Assembly (NCBI RefSeq): GCF_963921235.1
Contig: NC_086097.1
Coordinates: forward strand, 230,518,001-230,582,000
Reading direction: 5' to 3'
Length of the DNA: 64,000 nucleotides
DNA from: Mobula hypostoma
Taxonomy: Eukaryota
Below, piece by piece: positions 52,960-64,000 of this stretch (positions are counted from its first letter, which is position 1; each line of letters starts with the position of its first letter). Made by a program: the position numbers and the translations under genes. The notes beneath the pieces are model-generated. The model was not told the DNA's origin, did no database searches, and saw only the letters and a list, made by a program, of their open reading frames with translations.

Positions 52960-55878
52960 GACACAACTGATGCATGTAAATATGATAAATAATGCTAGTA
53001 TTTATCTTTATTTAAATAAAAGTTCTTTCCATTTTGAGTATATTCACTCTGAGTTCCTGGTTTGAAATTTTATTTCGTAATTTGGTCAGTTCTATTCTTC
53101 CAGATGCATATTTTTAATAGGTTATGGTCTGATCCACTTTGTGACCTCCAGTTACAAATTCTGCCTTGCACATAGTTTGCATTTCGTGCAATTGTTCTTC
53201 CTTGCTTAGCATGCAATATTGATTATCTATTCCCCAGAAATTTTCTTCGCCTTAGCTGGAAATTAGAAAGAAGATCATGATGAATAAAGAGACCAGGTTC
53301 TTCACCATAGGGAAGAAGATTATTTTCCATGAAACGTGAACTAAAAACCTTAAATGGCAAAAAAAAAATCACCATCCTTCACCACTAACAGTATGCATCT
53401 CAAATTCCCTTTGCTGAACCCAAGCGACATGTTTAGCATGGGAACATCAAGTTGAGCACAGCTATATGAAATTATATGTGAAACATTTAATTTCACATTC
53501 CTGACAATCAACAAATCGGCAAAAAGAGAAATATGTCCAAGTAATAAAACTAAGTATTTCACCATGACTCACTCATTGAAATTCACCATTCAGTGCATGG
53601 ATCAATGTCTTTCCAGAGCAATGAAACTGAACATCCTACCCAGCATGCACTTTGAAGGTCATTTTCTATTTTAAAAGAAAATGGACTGCACAATGCTCTA
53701 AATTGCTTTTAATAAATAACTTAAAAAATATACAGAGCTCATTATTCTTTTTCCAAAGCAAATTGTATCAATGCTGCAAAAACTCATTTGAAAACGAACA
53801 CTTGAGAAATCAGGCTTTTATCCTTCATAGCCACATAAAATACTGAACGTTAAATTGGTAAATTAAATCTCCCTTAAAATACCATTTATGTGCTAGATTC
53901 TTCAATTTAGCAATTAATCCACAAGCAGAGGCAGAGTTATGAAATCACTTACTGCAACTCAGTTCATTTAATAATCAGATTTTTTTTCTCTTCAGTTCAA
54001 AGCAGTCTTTTTAAAACTATTGAACGAAATTGTTTAACAATATTTATTGATGGAAGCATGGAACATTGTAACTCTAGAATTAGAATGTAACCTTTGAATA
54101 TCCCAGCTTGGTCACAAGAAAATCTATATGGATCATTCCATTGCAATGGCAGGTGATGCAGTACGTGGACTTTTATCTATTCCCTTCCTGCCATCCAGAC
54201 ATCTAAACCAGTTCTTCCAACTGAAGCATCAATTCACCCACACTTCTTCCAATCTGGTGCACTCCAGCCAGTGCACAGTATGTGGTCCCCCCTTAATATA
54301 GGAACGAAAATCACACTGGGTGGTTGCTTTGTCGAGCTCCTACATGCAGCCTACAGGATAACTCAGGGCTTCCTAATGCCTGTCCATTCAGTTCCACTGC
54401 AGTCCTGACCTAACTGTCGGTGGCCTCTTGTTTTGGTCCAATGAGCCCCTAGAAAAGCTTGAGGAACAACACTTCATCTTCCAACTGGGCCCAGCCTCCC
54501 AGGCTTCCAACTAGAAGCAGCCTTTCAGATTTCAAATTCTACAACTTCAGGCAACCTGCTTTCTGCTTGTTTCAGAATTGGTCAATTCTGCCGCAGGTCA
54601 TCCTTCCAAAAACTGGCTCATCCCTTCTTTCTCCATTGGCACAGCCTGACTTGCTGGACATTTCCTGGGGCTCAGCATTTTCTGTGTTTGCTTTCTAAAT
54701 GCCTCATTTCATAGCTTTCATGGTCTTTCTTTCCCTCTGATTGCCTTCATTAAACAACCTCTTATCCCAGCCTCACCGTTTCAGAGCGATAAACACGAGA
54801 GATTCTTGAGCAACACACACAAAGTTCTGAAAAGACTCAGCAGGTCAGGCAGCGCTGATGGAGAGGAATAAACAGTTGACAATTCGGGCTGAGACCCTTC
54901 GTCAGACTGGAAAGAAGCCAGAATAAGAAGGTGGCTCGAAAGAAAGGAGTACAAGCTGGCAAGTAACAGTTGCGGGGGAAGGTTCTACTCATTTTTCCTT
55001 ACCTTCTCTGTGTCTTACAACTAAATTTGCGTTATCTTTTCCTCAGTTCTGACAAAGGGACTTCAGCCTGAAATGTTAACTCTACCTCTTTTTCCACAGA
55101 TGCTGCCTTATCTACTGCGTGTTTCCAAAATTTTATATTCCCATTCTGCAGTAAAAATTAAAACCACAACACTCAGTTAACTACAGTGAAATTCAGCATT
55201 ACACCGGCTTTGGGCAACACGCTGAGACTGAACATAATCAGCAAGCTATTTCCAATTCTGTTCAGTTCAATGAGAGCCTGAATGAGAATCAGATTTAATA
55301 TAACCGGCATTGTTGTGAAATCTTTTTTAACCTGACAGCAGCAGTACGATGAAATACATGATAAATAAATATGGAGGAAAAAACTATTACATTAAGTATA
55401 TACATGTCTATTAAATAATTAGGTAAAAATAAGTAATGCAAAACAACAGAAATAAAACAGAGCTGGAGTAGGTTGACAAGTGTCAAGACCAAGGCATCTT
55501 CAGGCAACGTCTGTGTCAGGGACTGTCTCAAAGTGCGTTAGACACTAACTTGAAAGGAAGGTATGAAGATGATCAGTCTAGTAAGGGGTTCCCAACCTGG
55601 TATCCAGGTTAATGGTATTGGCCCATGGCATAAAGAAGGTTGGGACAGAGCTTGAAAGATGGGTTTTAAATTCTGTAATTCTTCAGTATGGACACAAATA
55701 GAAATCAGAAACAAAAACTTAAAATACTCAGCAGATCTGGCAGCAGATGAGAGGAAGAGTTAATCTTTAAGGGCATCGATTATTCTATTGAAACATGAAA
55801 CATTTATTCCCTCCTCTCAGATACCAACTGGCATTGACATAGTAACTGTCATAGTATTCACAGTATTTTCTGGTATAT

Positions 55879-56063
55879 GGGGTGTCAGGGAGGGGTAGCA
55901 CCTCTGGTGGGGGAACATGTCGCGTCCTTTTCAGGGCGGTTAGTCCACCTTTGGTCCCCACCTGGCACTCAGCTCTCACCTGTGGCTCCCCGTAGCTGTT
56001 TGCATGCGACAGCGGCCACACCCCGGGCAACGGCTTCGACAAGCCAGCTAAACCAGGTGAGGG
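55879..56063 (+). ncRNA. HDV-like self-cleaving ribozyme candidate
   Basis: P1 GGGGTGT/ACACCCC; P2 CTCTCACCTG/CAGGTGAGGG; P3 GGC/GCC; L3 begins TCC; GGGCAAC junction; P4 GGCTT/AAGCC; J4/2 GCTAA. Confidence 0.75.
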
Positions 56064-56365
56064 TAGCCGACGGGTCTCAAACCCTCGGTGAGATAGGGAG
56101 TTGTCTATCCCAGCATGTGAAGACAGACTCCGGTGGATTGAGCGGACGAGACCAATGGAAGGTCCAACGGTCAAGAAGGCGGTCTCTGCAAGCGTCGTGG
56201 AACGTGTAGAGCAGGACAAGTCACAGAAGACGTCCTGGTCATCCACTGCGCCTAGTCCCATCTCCAGCCGTCTAGACTCTGTCTTGCCACTGGACCCAGA
56301 TGGGAATTGGGAAGAGAAAGTGAGGCTGACGCTGCGCAACTCTCCCTCACTTAAATCCAAATCAA
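55879..56365 (+). mobile_element. GC-rich non-coding retroposon-like repeat beginning with an HDV-like ribozyme (possibly RTE-derived)
   Basis: Sharp GC/CpG-rich block in AT-rich flanks; no recognisable ORF; no TSD identified. Confidence 0.6.
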
Positions 56366-56813
56366 CTGCTGTTGGCTAATTTGGGCTAAACTCAGACAAA
56401 CAAAACTATTTCAATGGGGAAGGAGTGGGGGGGGGGTACATCGTCCCCTTTGTGAATTATCCAAAACATTACATCACATGCACAATTTGATATTTACTAG
56501 GCAAGGTAAAAATTGTGACCTTTAAAGGAATGAACAAACTCAGATCAATACTGTGCAGCTCACAGATCTCATTAGAAAAGTAGCACTTAACCATGGAATA
56601 GTGGTGTGCTGCCAAGTTACAGATGGGGAGTCTGTTCTCTGAACCCAATTACAATATAAAAGTTGCTTGTCTCCTAAGTGACTTATTAATGGAATGCACT
56701 TTCAAGGTACATTATGTCCATTATCTGGGGCAGATAAAATACAGAAAAAAGGAATTGATTTTCTGCAAACATAATAAAATCTAACAATTGAAGTCTTCCA
56801 TTTAACAGAGCTC

Positions 56814-57003
56814 TGTGGTGATATGACGTGCCAGAACATGATTGGAGAGAGTTCTGAGCATGCACAGAAATGTCAGAATAATCTGGAACATGGCTTGGTA
56901 AAAATATGGTTTGGTCTTGTTGCTATAAATAAAAATTCTAAGTCATCCAGAATATGATTCTTTATTGTTAACCCACGGTATGTATAAATATAAGAACACA
57001 ACA
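56814..57003 (+). repeat. 5' LTR
   Basis: About 16 substitutions versus the 3' LTR by manual count (~92% identity), no indels seen. Confidence 0.95.
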
Positions 57004-57596
57004 TGGTTCTGAAGTGGTTCTGGAAGACAACATGGTGTCAGAAGTCGGTCTGGAAGAATAATATGTTCGCTAACATGGGAGAAGCAAAGATAATCGAAGA
57101 AAAAAAAGAGTTCGAACTGTCTTGATGTTTGCTAACAGTTTTAAAAATGGAAGGTTTGCAACCTCCACCAACTCTTCAGCTGACTGGGAACATAGCTGAG
57201 AACTGAAGAAAATTCAAGAAGCGTTTTGAAATATATTTATTGGCGATCGGAGCTGATAGAAAACTGGAAAAAACGAAAGCTGCGCTTCTACTCCACAGAA
57301 TGGGTGATGACGCAATTGAGGTATATAATCATTTTATTTTTGAAAATGGAGATAATTTAAAATTGGAATCGATAATGGACAATTTTGAAGCATTTTGCAT
57401 ACCGAGGCGTAATTTGAAGTATGAAAGGCACGGATTTTTTACATGTCTGCAGAAAGTTGATGAAACAATTGATCAATGTTATGTAGTTGAGACACCGGAG
57501 TAACACATGCGAGTTTGCAAAACTGACAGATTCTCATTAAAGAGAGAATTGTTTGTGGCATTCTGGATAATGGTCTGAGAGAAAAACTGTTAAGAG

Positions 57597-58298
57597 CAGG
57601 GGTCCCCAACTTTTTTTGCACCGCGGACCAGTTTAATATTGACAATATTCTTGCAGATCGGCCGACGGGGGGTGGGGGGGGTGGGGGTCTTCAAGTAGGG
57701 TTGCCAACTTTCTCACTCCCAAATAAGGGACAAAAGTAGCAGTCAAATACGGGACACTTGTGTTTACCCCAAGAAAGACTACCATGACCATGAAGCCTTG
57801 CATGGGCACCTGTGTGTGCATACATGACGTACGCATGTGTGTACATGCTGATTTTTTTTTCTACAAATCGGTTTTGGTTTAATCTTCCCGATTCTGATAC
57901 ACTGTACATACATTATTTCTACTTTATATAGGCTGTGTATTTATCATATAATTCCTGCTTTTACTATATATTAGTGTTATTTTAGGTTTTACGTGTTATT
58001 TGGTATAATTTGGTAGGTTATTTTTTGGGTCTGGGAACGCTCAAAAATTTTCCCCATATAAATTAATGGTAATTGTTTCTTCACTTTACGCTATTTCAGC
58101 ACGAACGGTTTCATAGGAACGCTCTACCTTAGCAGGGGAAATATGGGACAGTTGGCAACCCCATGTTCCAGTTCAACAGTGCGTGACAGGGAATGAGGAA
58201 AGGTACAACTGACTCATATCGTTTCATATCGCCAAATCATATCATTTCCTTGCGGCCCGGTAGCACATGCTTTGCGGCCTGGTGGTTGGGGACTGCTG
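57597..58298. mobile_element. hAT (Charlie-like) non-autonomous transposon inserted in gag
   Basis: TIRs CAGGGGTCCCCAAC / GTTGGGGACTGCTG; perfect 8-bp TSD GTTAAGAG (57589-57596 and 58299-58306). Confidence 0.93.
57696..58163. mobile_element. Second hAT-like MITE nested in the first
   Basis: TIRs TAGGGTTGCCAACT / AGTTGGCAACCCCA; imperfect 8-bp TSD TCTTCAAG / TGTTCCAG. Confidence 0.8.
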
Positions 58299-59657
58299 GT
58301 TAAGAGAACAAGATTTAGACTAGGAAAAAGCTTTGATGCTTTGCAAAGTTTTGGAAACAGTGACGTCACAGGCTAAAGAACTTCTCACTGAGAGTTGCCG
58401 CATAGACACTGTGGAAAAGTACGAACATATTAGAAATAATAATAAAACAAAACCGACAGAGAGCAAGACATCATCTGAGAGATAAAAGTTATATGATCGC
58501 TGTGGGCGCCAGCACCAGCTTAAACATAGGGTCCAACGTATAGGAAAATGTGCAATGACTGCAGTAAGAGTAATCATTTTTCACGCTGTTGCAGAAGTAG
58601 AAAGAAAATAAAACAAGTAAATGCAGTGTTTGAAAATAAACTTGAGGAGTTTTATATAGATGTGCTTTGTGAAAACAAACAAAGTACGAATGACTGGACT
58701 ATTCCATTGCAAGTGAATCAAAACAATATTCTGTTTAAACTTGATACTGGAGCAGAAGTAAATGTTCTTGCAGAATCTGAGTTTAATGCATTAAAGCCAA
58801 GACCAAAGTAACATAAGACAAAATACAAAAGTGACTGGGTATTCAGGTGCAGACTTTCCAGTTAAAGGAACATGTGTGGCTAAAGTATCACACAAAAATA
58901 TTGTGCACACACTTTCATTAGTGGTGGTGCCAAAGAATGTACAGTCAATACTGGGTTTATCTGCCTGTGAGAAACTGAATTTGGTGAAACGAGTTTTAAT
59001 CCTGGACAGTGATACAGAGTCAGTATACAGTGACAGAATAGAACGGGTAGAAGCCAAAAAGAAAGCTCCCAGACCCATCCCTTTGTTTCCAGCATCAATG
59101 GGCCAAGCATTCCATCACAATCTCACCTCTGCAGGAGGACAAAGGCCAAGCTTGCTGGTACAGTATAATACTGATCTGAAGCCAAAGAGTGACAAGAATC
59201 AGGATCCAATTGAAGAAGTGAAAGCACAAGTGAAGGAATTGAGAGCTTTTATTGAAACGATGAAGTCTCAGCATAAAAAAAGAGATTACACAGTTAATGA
59301 ATGAATTAGATGAAGAAAAAGAAGGTTCCTATTTCATTACAAATGGAAGTGGAAGGAATTAAGAAAGCTACAGCACTTGAAGAAGTACAACCCAGATCAT
59401 ACATGGCCCAAACAGAAGAAGGAGCAGTGTTAAGAAGAAATCGCAAAGACCTCAAGAAAGAGCCAACTTCAGAGTTTCAGTTAACTGATGCAGACCAGAT
59501 AAACATGGAAATAACAACGAAACACAAGAACTGTATGAACCACTTAGAAGGTCTCCTCGTGTTCATAAACCCCCAGTGAGACTGATAGAGACATGTTAAA
59601 TTATGCATTTGCTTTGGTCAATGTTGCTAATTGTTTTTCTTTTTAAGGAAGGGAAGA

Positions 59658-59847
59658 TGTGGTGATATGACGTGTCAGAACGTGATTGGAGAGAGTTTTG
59701 AGCATGCACAGATATGTTAGAATGATCTGGAACATGGCTTGGTAAAAACGTGGTTTGGTTTTGTTGCTGTAAATAAAAGTTCTAAGTCTTCCAGAATATG
59801 ATTCTTTATTGCTAATCCACGGTACATATAAATATAAGAACACAACA
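59658..59847 (+). repeat. 3' LTR
   Basis: Preceded by polypurine tract 59645-59657; TG...CA ends. Confidence 0.95.
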
Positions 59848-60049
59848 GGCTTGAAAACTGTGTTGCTGTTTGGACATGTTTCCACCCAAGTACACCCTGA
59901 AAGAGAATGAGGTACAGCAGGTCTGAGTTATAAATTTTGGGGGTAGATTCTCAAAGTTTGTATATGTTAGCATTTACTACCTTGAGGTTCATTTTCTTGC
60001 AGACATTTGCAGGGAAAGGAAAATACAACAGAGAGAGGAAAGAGAGGAT

Positions 60050-61095
60050 TTTACTGGGGCTTTGGAAAAATCTTTAGCCACAATGGAGATTCCAGAGGAA
60101 TCAGAATAACCAATGTTGTTTCTCTATTTAAGAGACAAATGAGAAAATTATAGAGCAGTGAGTCTTATTTCAGTAGTAGGGAAGCTATTAGAAAAGATCT
60201 TTAGGGATAGGATCTTCATTGGGAAAACAGGCCTATTAGAGATGGTCAGCATTGCTTACTGCAGCGGGCGGTCATGCCTTGTAAACTTAACTGAATTCTT
60301 TTTGTTTGAGAAAGTGACAAAGAGGATTGATCAGGGTAGGGCAGTGCATGGACTTGACTAAAGGTTTTTGACTGGGTTCCTCATCACATGCTAATCCAGA
60401 AGTATGAGACACATGGGATCCAGGGAGACATGCTAGTCTGGATTCAAAATTTACTTTTAATGTGGAAGACAGAGGGTGGTGGTGGAGGGGTGTTATTCTA
60501 ACTGGAGTTTGGCATTTCACAAAAATCAGTACTGGGACTTCTGTTCGTTGCAATATTTGTATGACAATGTAGGTGGGCTGATTTTTATGTTTACAGGGGG
60601 CACAAAAATGGTGGAGTTGTGGACAGTGAGGAAGGTTATCATTTGGAAAGACAAATGGCAGAGAGAGTGTAGTCTGGAGAAATGAGGGGTGTTCCATTTT
60701 GGGACGTCAAATGTAAGAAGAAAGCATGTATAAATAGTAGTGCCCATAGGAGCATTGATGTACGGTGTGATCTTGGGGTTGAAGCCCATAACTCCCCAAA
60801 AATGGCATTATTGGATGAGTATGGCTTATTGATCTTCATTGTCTAGATGTTGAGCAAAAGATTTGGGAAGTTATATTGGACCTGCATGACAATATGTTTA
60901 GGTCACATTTGGAGAGTTGTTTGCAGTTCTGGTCACTACATTACAGGAAGGGTGGGAAAGCTTTGGAGGGGATGCAGAAGATGTTGCTGAGAAAGGAGAG
61001 TTTGGACAAACTTTGATTGTTTTCTCTGGTCAGCACAGTCATTGTTGGCCAAATGGGTTGTTCCTGGGCTGTACTGTTCTATCCTCTGTGTTCTG
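60050..61095 (+). mobile_element. Old CR1 LINE fragment
   Basis: SLISVVGKLLEKIFRDRI, RSCLVNLTEFF remnants; heavily degenerate. Confidence 0.8.
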
Positions 61096-61099
61096 TACC

Positions 61100-62005
61100 A
61101 CACTCTAAGGATATAAGCTGCAAAAAGCGGAACTTCCTGGTGGCCGCCATTTTAATTCCTATCCCTATTCCAGTTCTGATGGTCCCATCAATCCATGGCC
61201 TCCTCTTCTGCTACAAGGAGGCCACTCTCTGGGTGGAGGAGCAACCCCTCATATACCATCTAACATAATGGCATGAACATCAATATCCCCTTCTGGCAAT
61301 TTCTTTTTCTTTTCTCCTCCTCCTTCTCTCTTCTTCTATTCCCTACTCTGGCCTCTTACCTCTTCTCCTCACCTGCCAATCACCTCCCCCTGGCGTCCCT
61401 CCTTCATCCCTTTTTCCCATAGTCCCCTCTCCTCTCCTCTCCTATCAGATTCCTTCTTCTCCAGCCTTTTACCATTTCAACCCACCTGTCTTCACCTATC
61501 ACCTTCTAGCTTATCCTCCTTCCCCTCCCGCCACACCTTTCCATTCCGGCACCTTCCCCCTTCTTTTCCAATCCCGATAAAGGATTCGACCCGAAACATC
61601 AACTGTTTATTCATTTTCATGGATGATGCCTAACCTGTTGAGTTCCTCCAGCATTTTGTGTGTGTGTTGCAAGTGAGTACTCACTGTGTACATATCTGCA
61701 TAGAAAATATAAAAGCCAGATGGAGACAACAATAAGCTGACACACATCAAAGTTGCTGGTGAACGCAGCAGGCCAGGCAGCATCTCTAGGAAGAGGCGCA
61801 GTCGACGTTTCAGGCCGAGACCCTTCGTCAGGACTAACTGAAGGAAGAGCTGAGGTGTTTTTTTCCCTCCAGCCCTGCCGAAGGCTTTCAGCCTGAAGTG
61901 TCGATTGTACTCTTTCCCTGGATGCTGCCTGGCCTGCTGAGTTCCTCCAGCATTTTCTGTGTGTTGCTCAGATTTCCAGCATCTGCAGATTTTCTTTCAT
62001 TTGTG
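61100..62005. mobile_element. Cluster of three Penelope-like 3' ends (+, -, +)
   Basis: LLFCYKEATLWVEEQPLIYHL remnant; hammerhead motifs at ~61571, 61799-61840 (minus, intact) and ~61873. Confidence 0.85.
61799..61840 (-). ncRNA. Minimal type I hammerhead ribozyme motif
   Basis: Minus strand CAGTTAGTC-CTGACGA-AGGGTCTCGGCCT-GAAAC-GTC^GACTG. Confidence 0.8.
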
Positions 62006-64000
62006 AAGACAACAACATGAAGTAACCCAAGGTATTTTAATTGATTAATTAACACTGATACAACTTTTTCTTTGTAAATTAAATTAAAAATTGTGTAGCG
62101 TGGCGCCCATGGTCGATTGGGGTCTGGTCTCTCCCGTCAGTGTTGCCCTCCAATGTTCGATCTGTGGAACAACAGGCTGATTTACCGGGAATTGTACCAC
62201 CAATTTGCGGGACATTTCAGTCAGGGTCTTGGGCTATATATGTACGATCTTTTTTGTGTAGCTATGGTTTTTCTTGCTTGTTATTTTTGGAGGTGCTGTG
62301 TATATTTTGCATCTTGGCCTCAAAGGAATGCTGTTTCATTCGGCTGTTTCCATGTATGGTTGAATGATAATTAAACTTGATTTGATTTGATTAAAGATAT
62401 GCACTCACAAATGTTAAATATAATTGACAAAATTAGAAAGGCTGTTGACCTTTTGTCTTTCTATGTCATTGCACTTCAGTAAAAACAGATACTCAGAGAA
62501 AGATTAACACCTTTTCAAAGCTAAAAGCAGGAAAAAATGGAGAACGGATTGGTTTAGTTGGATTTATAAAAAGAATGAACAGCCTGTCAAAGATGAACTA
62601 TAAAGGCAAGGTGGGAAATAAAAGATCTCAATGAAGACAGATATAGTAGCATCAATAAAATGATGGACTAATTTCCGACAACAAAAGAAAAAAGGACCAA
62701 ATTTAAACCGAAGGAAAACTGTAATGGCCCAATTCAATCCATGTCAAGTGAATAATGGCATATAAGAGTCCACCATTTCAAATGGGCACACAGCAATTGA
62801 TTTATTTGATAAATGTTCTGAGTAAGATTTATTTTCTATCGAAGACTGATATTCTTTAAAACTTTTGCCTTCAGATATGTCACAATTTCACATAGACATT
62901 TTTACAGCCAAATGAAAATTCCAGATTAAACCATGGTGAGTAAGATTGCAGGGTAATTCAATGAAACTGCATTAGAATCCACAGAATGGTTGCAATGGTA
63001 GAAAATTAACACATTTTAAAAATCTTTGAAGTACGCAAAATTATTTTTCAAGTGCAGGACGGGAGTCAAGAATAATCAATAATCCTATCTTCTGGTGGGA
63101 AAAAATGAAATTCTCAAAAATGTGTTAATTGGCAAAACACATTTAAAGATCTGCCGTGGCATCCAGAACATAGATCATTCAGTGATATCTCTTAGCAACA
63201 TTCAGAATAACTCTAAGTACAGTTATCAGTATCTGTACTGTTAGTTTAGGAATTGTTATCTCTGTAAAAAGGATACTTAAACCCAGTATTTTCTCATGAC
63301 CCAGAAATTAACCTCCACCACTTATGGAAAGGGAACGTGATGAGGATGGGAGGAGGGGGTTGGAATTAGAGGCATTTGGCCTTGGTTAAGAGGCTTCTGC
63401 TGACAAATGCACTATTGCCTCAACAGTTAAATGAACAATAAAACTGCAGCAATAAAAAAGATTCTGCTGACATTCAACATGATATATTACTCTAACCTAT
63501 GAACGGGTGGGGCTGTTGGGTTTAAATAGAACTTTTACCTCAAAACACTGGGTCCATTCAACATTCTGCCATTTCAAAGTTACAGCACAGATCAAAAGTT
63601 CCAGCTGGCACATCGAATACCACTGCAATTGGTTTATGTGTTTTTCCTATTTACTACACAGCTATGTCAGTGTTGGAATGTGTGGTGACGGGCTGCCCCC
63701 AGCACATCTTTGGGTTGTATTGGTTGTGAAGGCAAACAGTGCATTTCACTGTATGTTTTATGTACATAGATACTTTACTGATCACAAAGGAAATTACAGT
63801 CTCACAGTAGCATTACAAGTTCACAAACAAATATACAAATATTAGAAGAGAAGTAAGAAAGAATAAAAAATAAGTTACCTCAAACAGTCTACAGGAGGGG
63901 ATCATCACTTCCCCGAGTGTAGGTTGACTCATTATAGAGCCTAATGGCCGAGGGTAAGAATGACCTCATATAGCGCCCCCTTGGAGCAGCGCAGTTGTCT

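Larger units (their letters stand above)
56814..59847 (+). mobile_element. Gypsy-type LTR retrotransposon, internally deleted (gag and protease remnants; no RT, RNase H or integrase core)
   Basis: Two 190-bp TG...CA LTRs; PBS TGGTGTCAGAAGT; PPT AAGGAAGGGAAGA; gag from 57147 (MEGLQPP); zinc knuckle CNDCSKSNHFSRCC; protease FKLDTGAEVNVL; pol tail PRSY..TEEGAVLRRNR. Confidence 0.95.

Noticed and set aside
53573..53665. Exon-like segment with GTGAGT donor on the minus strand
   Set aside because: Stop codons in all three frames
55785..56360. 191-aa minus-strand ORF
   Set aside because: Antisense to a GC-rich repeat, with no recognisable motif
56809..59852. TSD of the Gypsy element
   Set aside because: Flanks AGCTC and GGCTT match at only 3 of 5 positions; compatible with decay but not evidence

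Overview
Repeat-dominated vertebrate genomic DNA with no recognisable intact host gene. The repeat complement (HE1/V-type SINEs, CR1, Rex1/Babar, Penelope-like, Tc1) suggests a cartilaginous fish; this is inference. Main elements: (1) a ~9 kb G-rich 33-bp minisatellite (~25986-34968) with nested higher-order duplications, which explains all the long ORFs in the track; (2) an internally deleted Gypsy-type LTR element (56814-59847) carrying two nested hAT-like insertions; (3) CR1, Rex1/Babar, Tc1, mariner and Tigger relics and a solo LTR. The least obvious signal is RNA structure: a strong HDV-like ribozyme fold starts exactly at the 5' edge of a ~490-bp non-coding repeat (55879) and has an atypical hairpin in L3, and about a dozen minimal hammerhead motifs lie in Penelope-like 3' ends, including a 132-bp TSD-flanked mini-insertion. 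All calls come from reading the sequence by eye. No searches or folding programs were run, and boundaries without a TSD or TIR are approximate.
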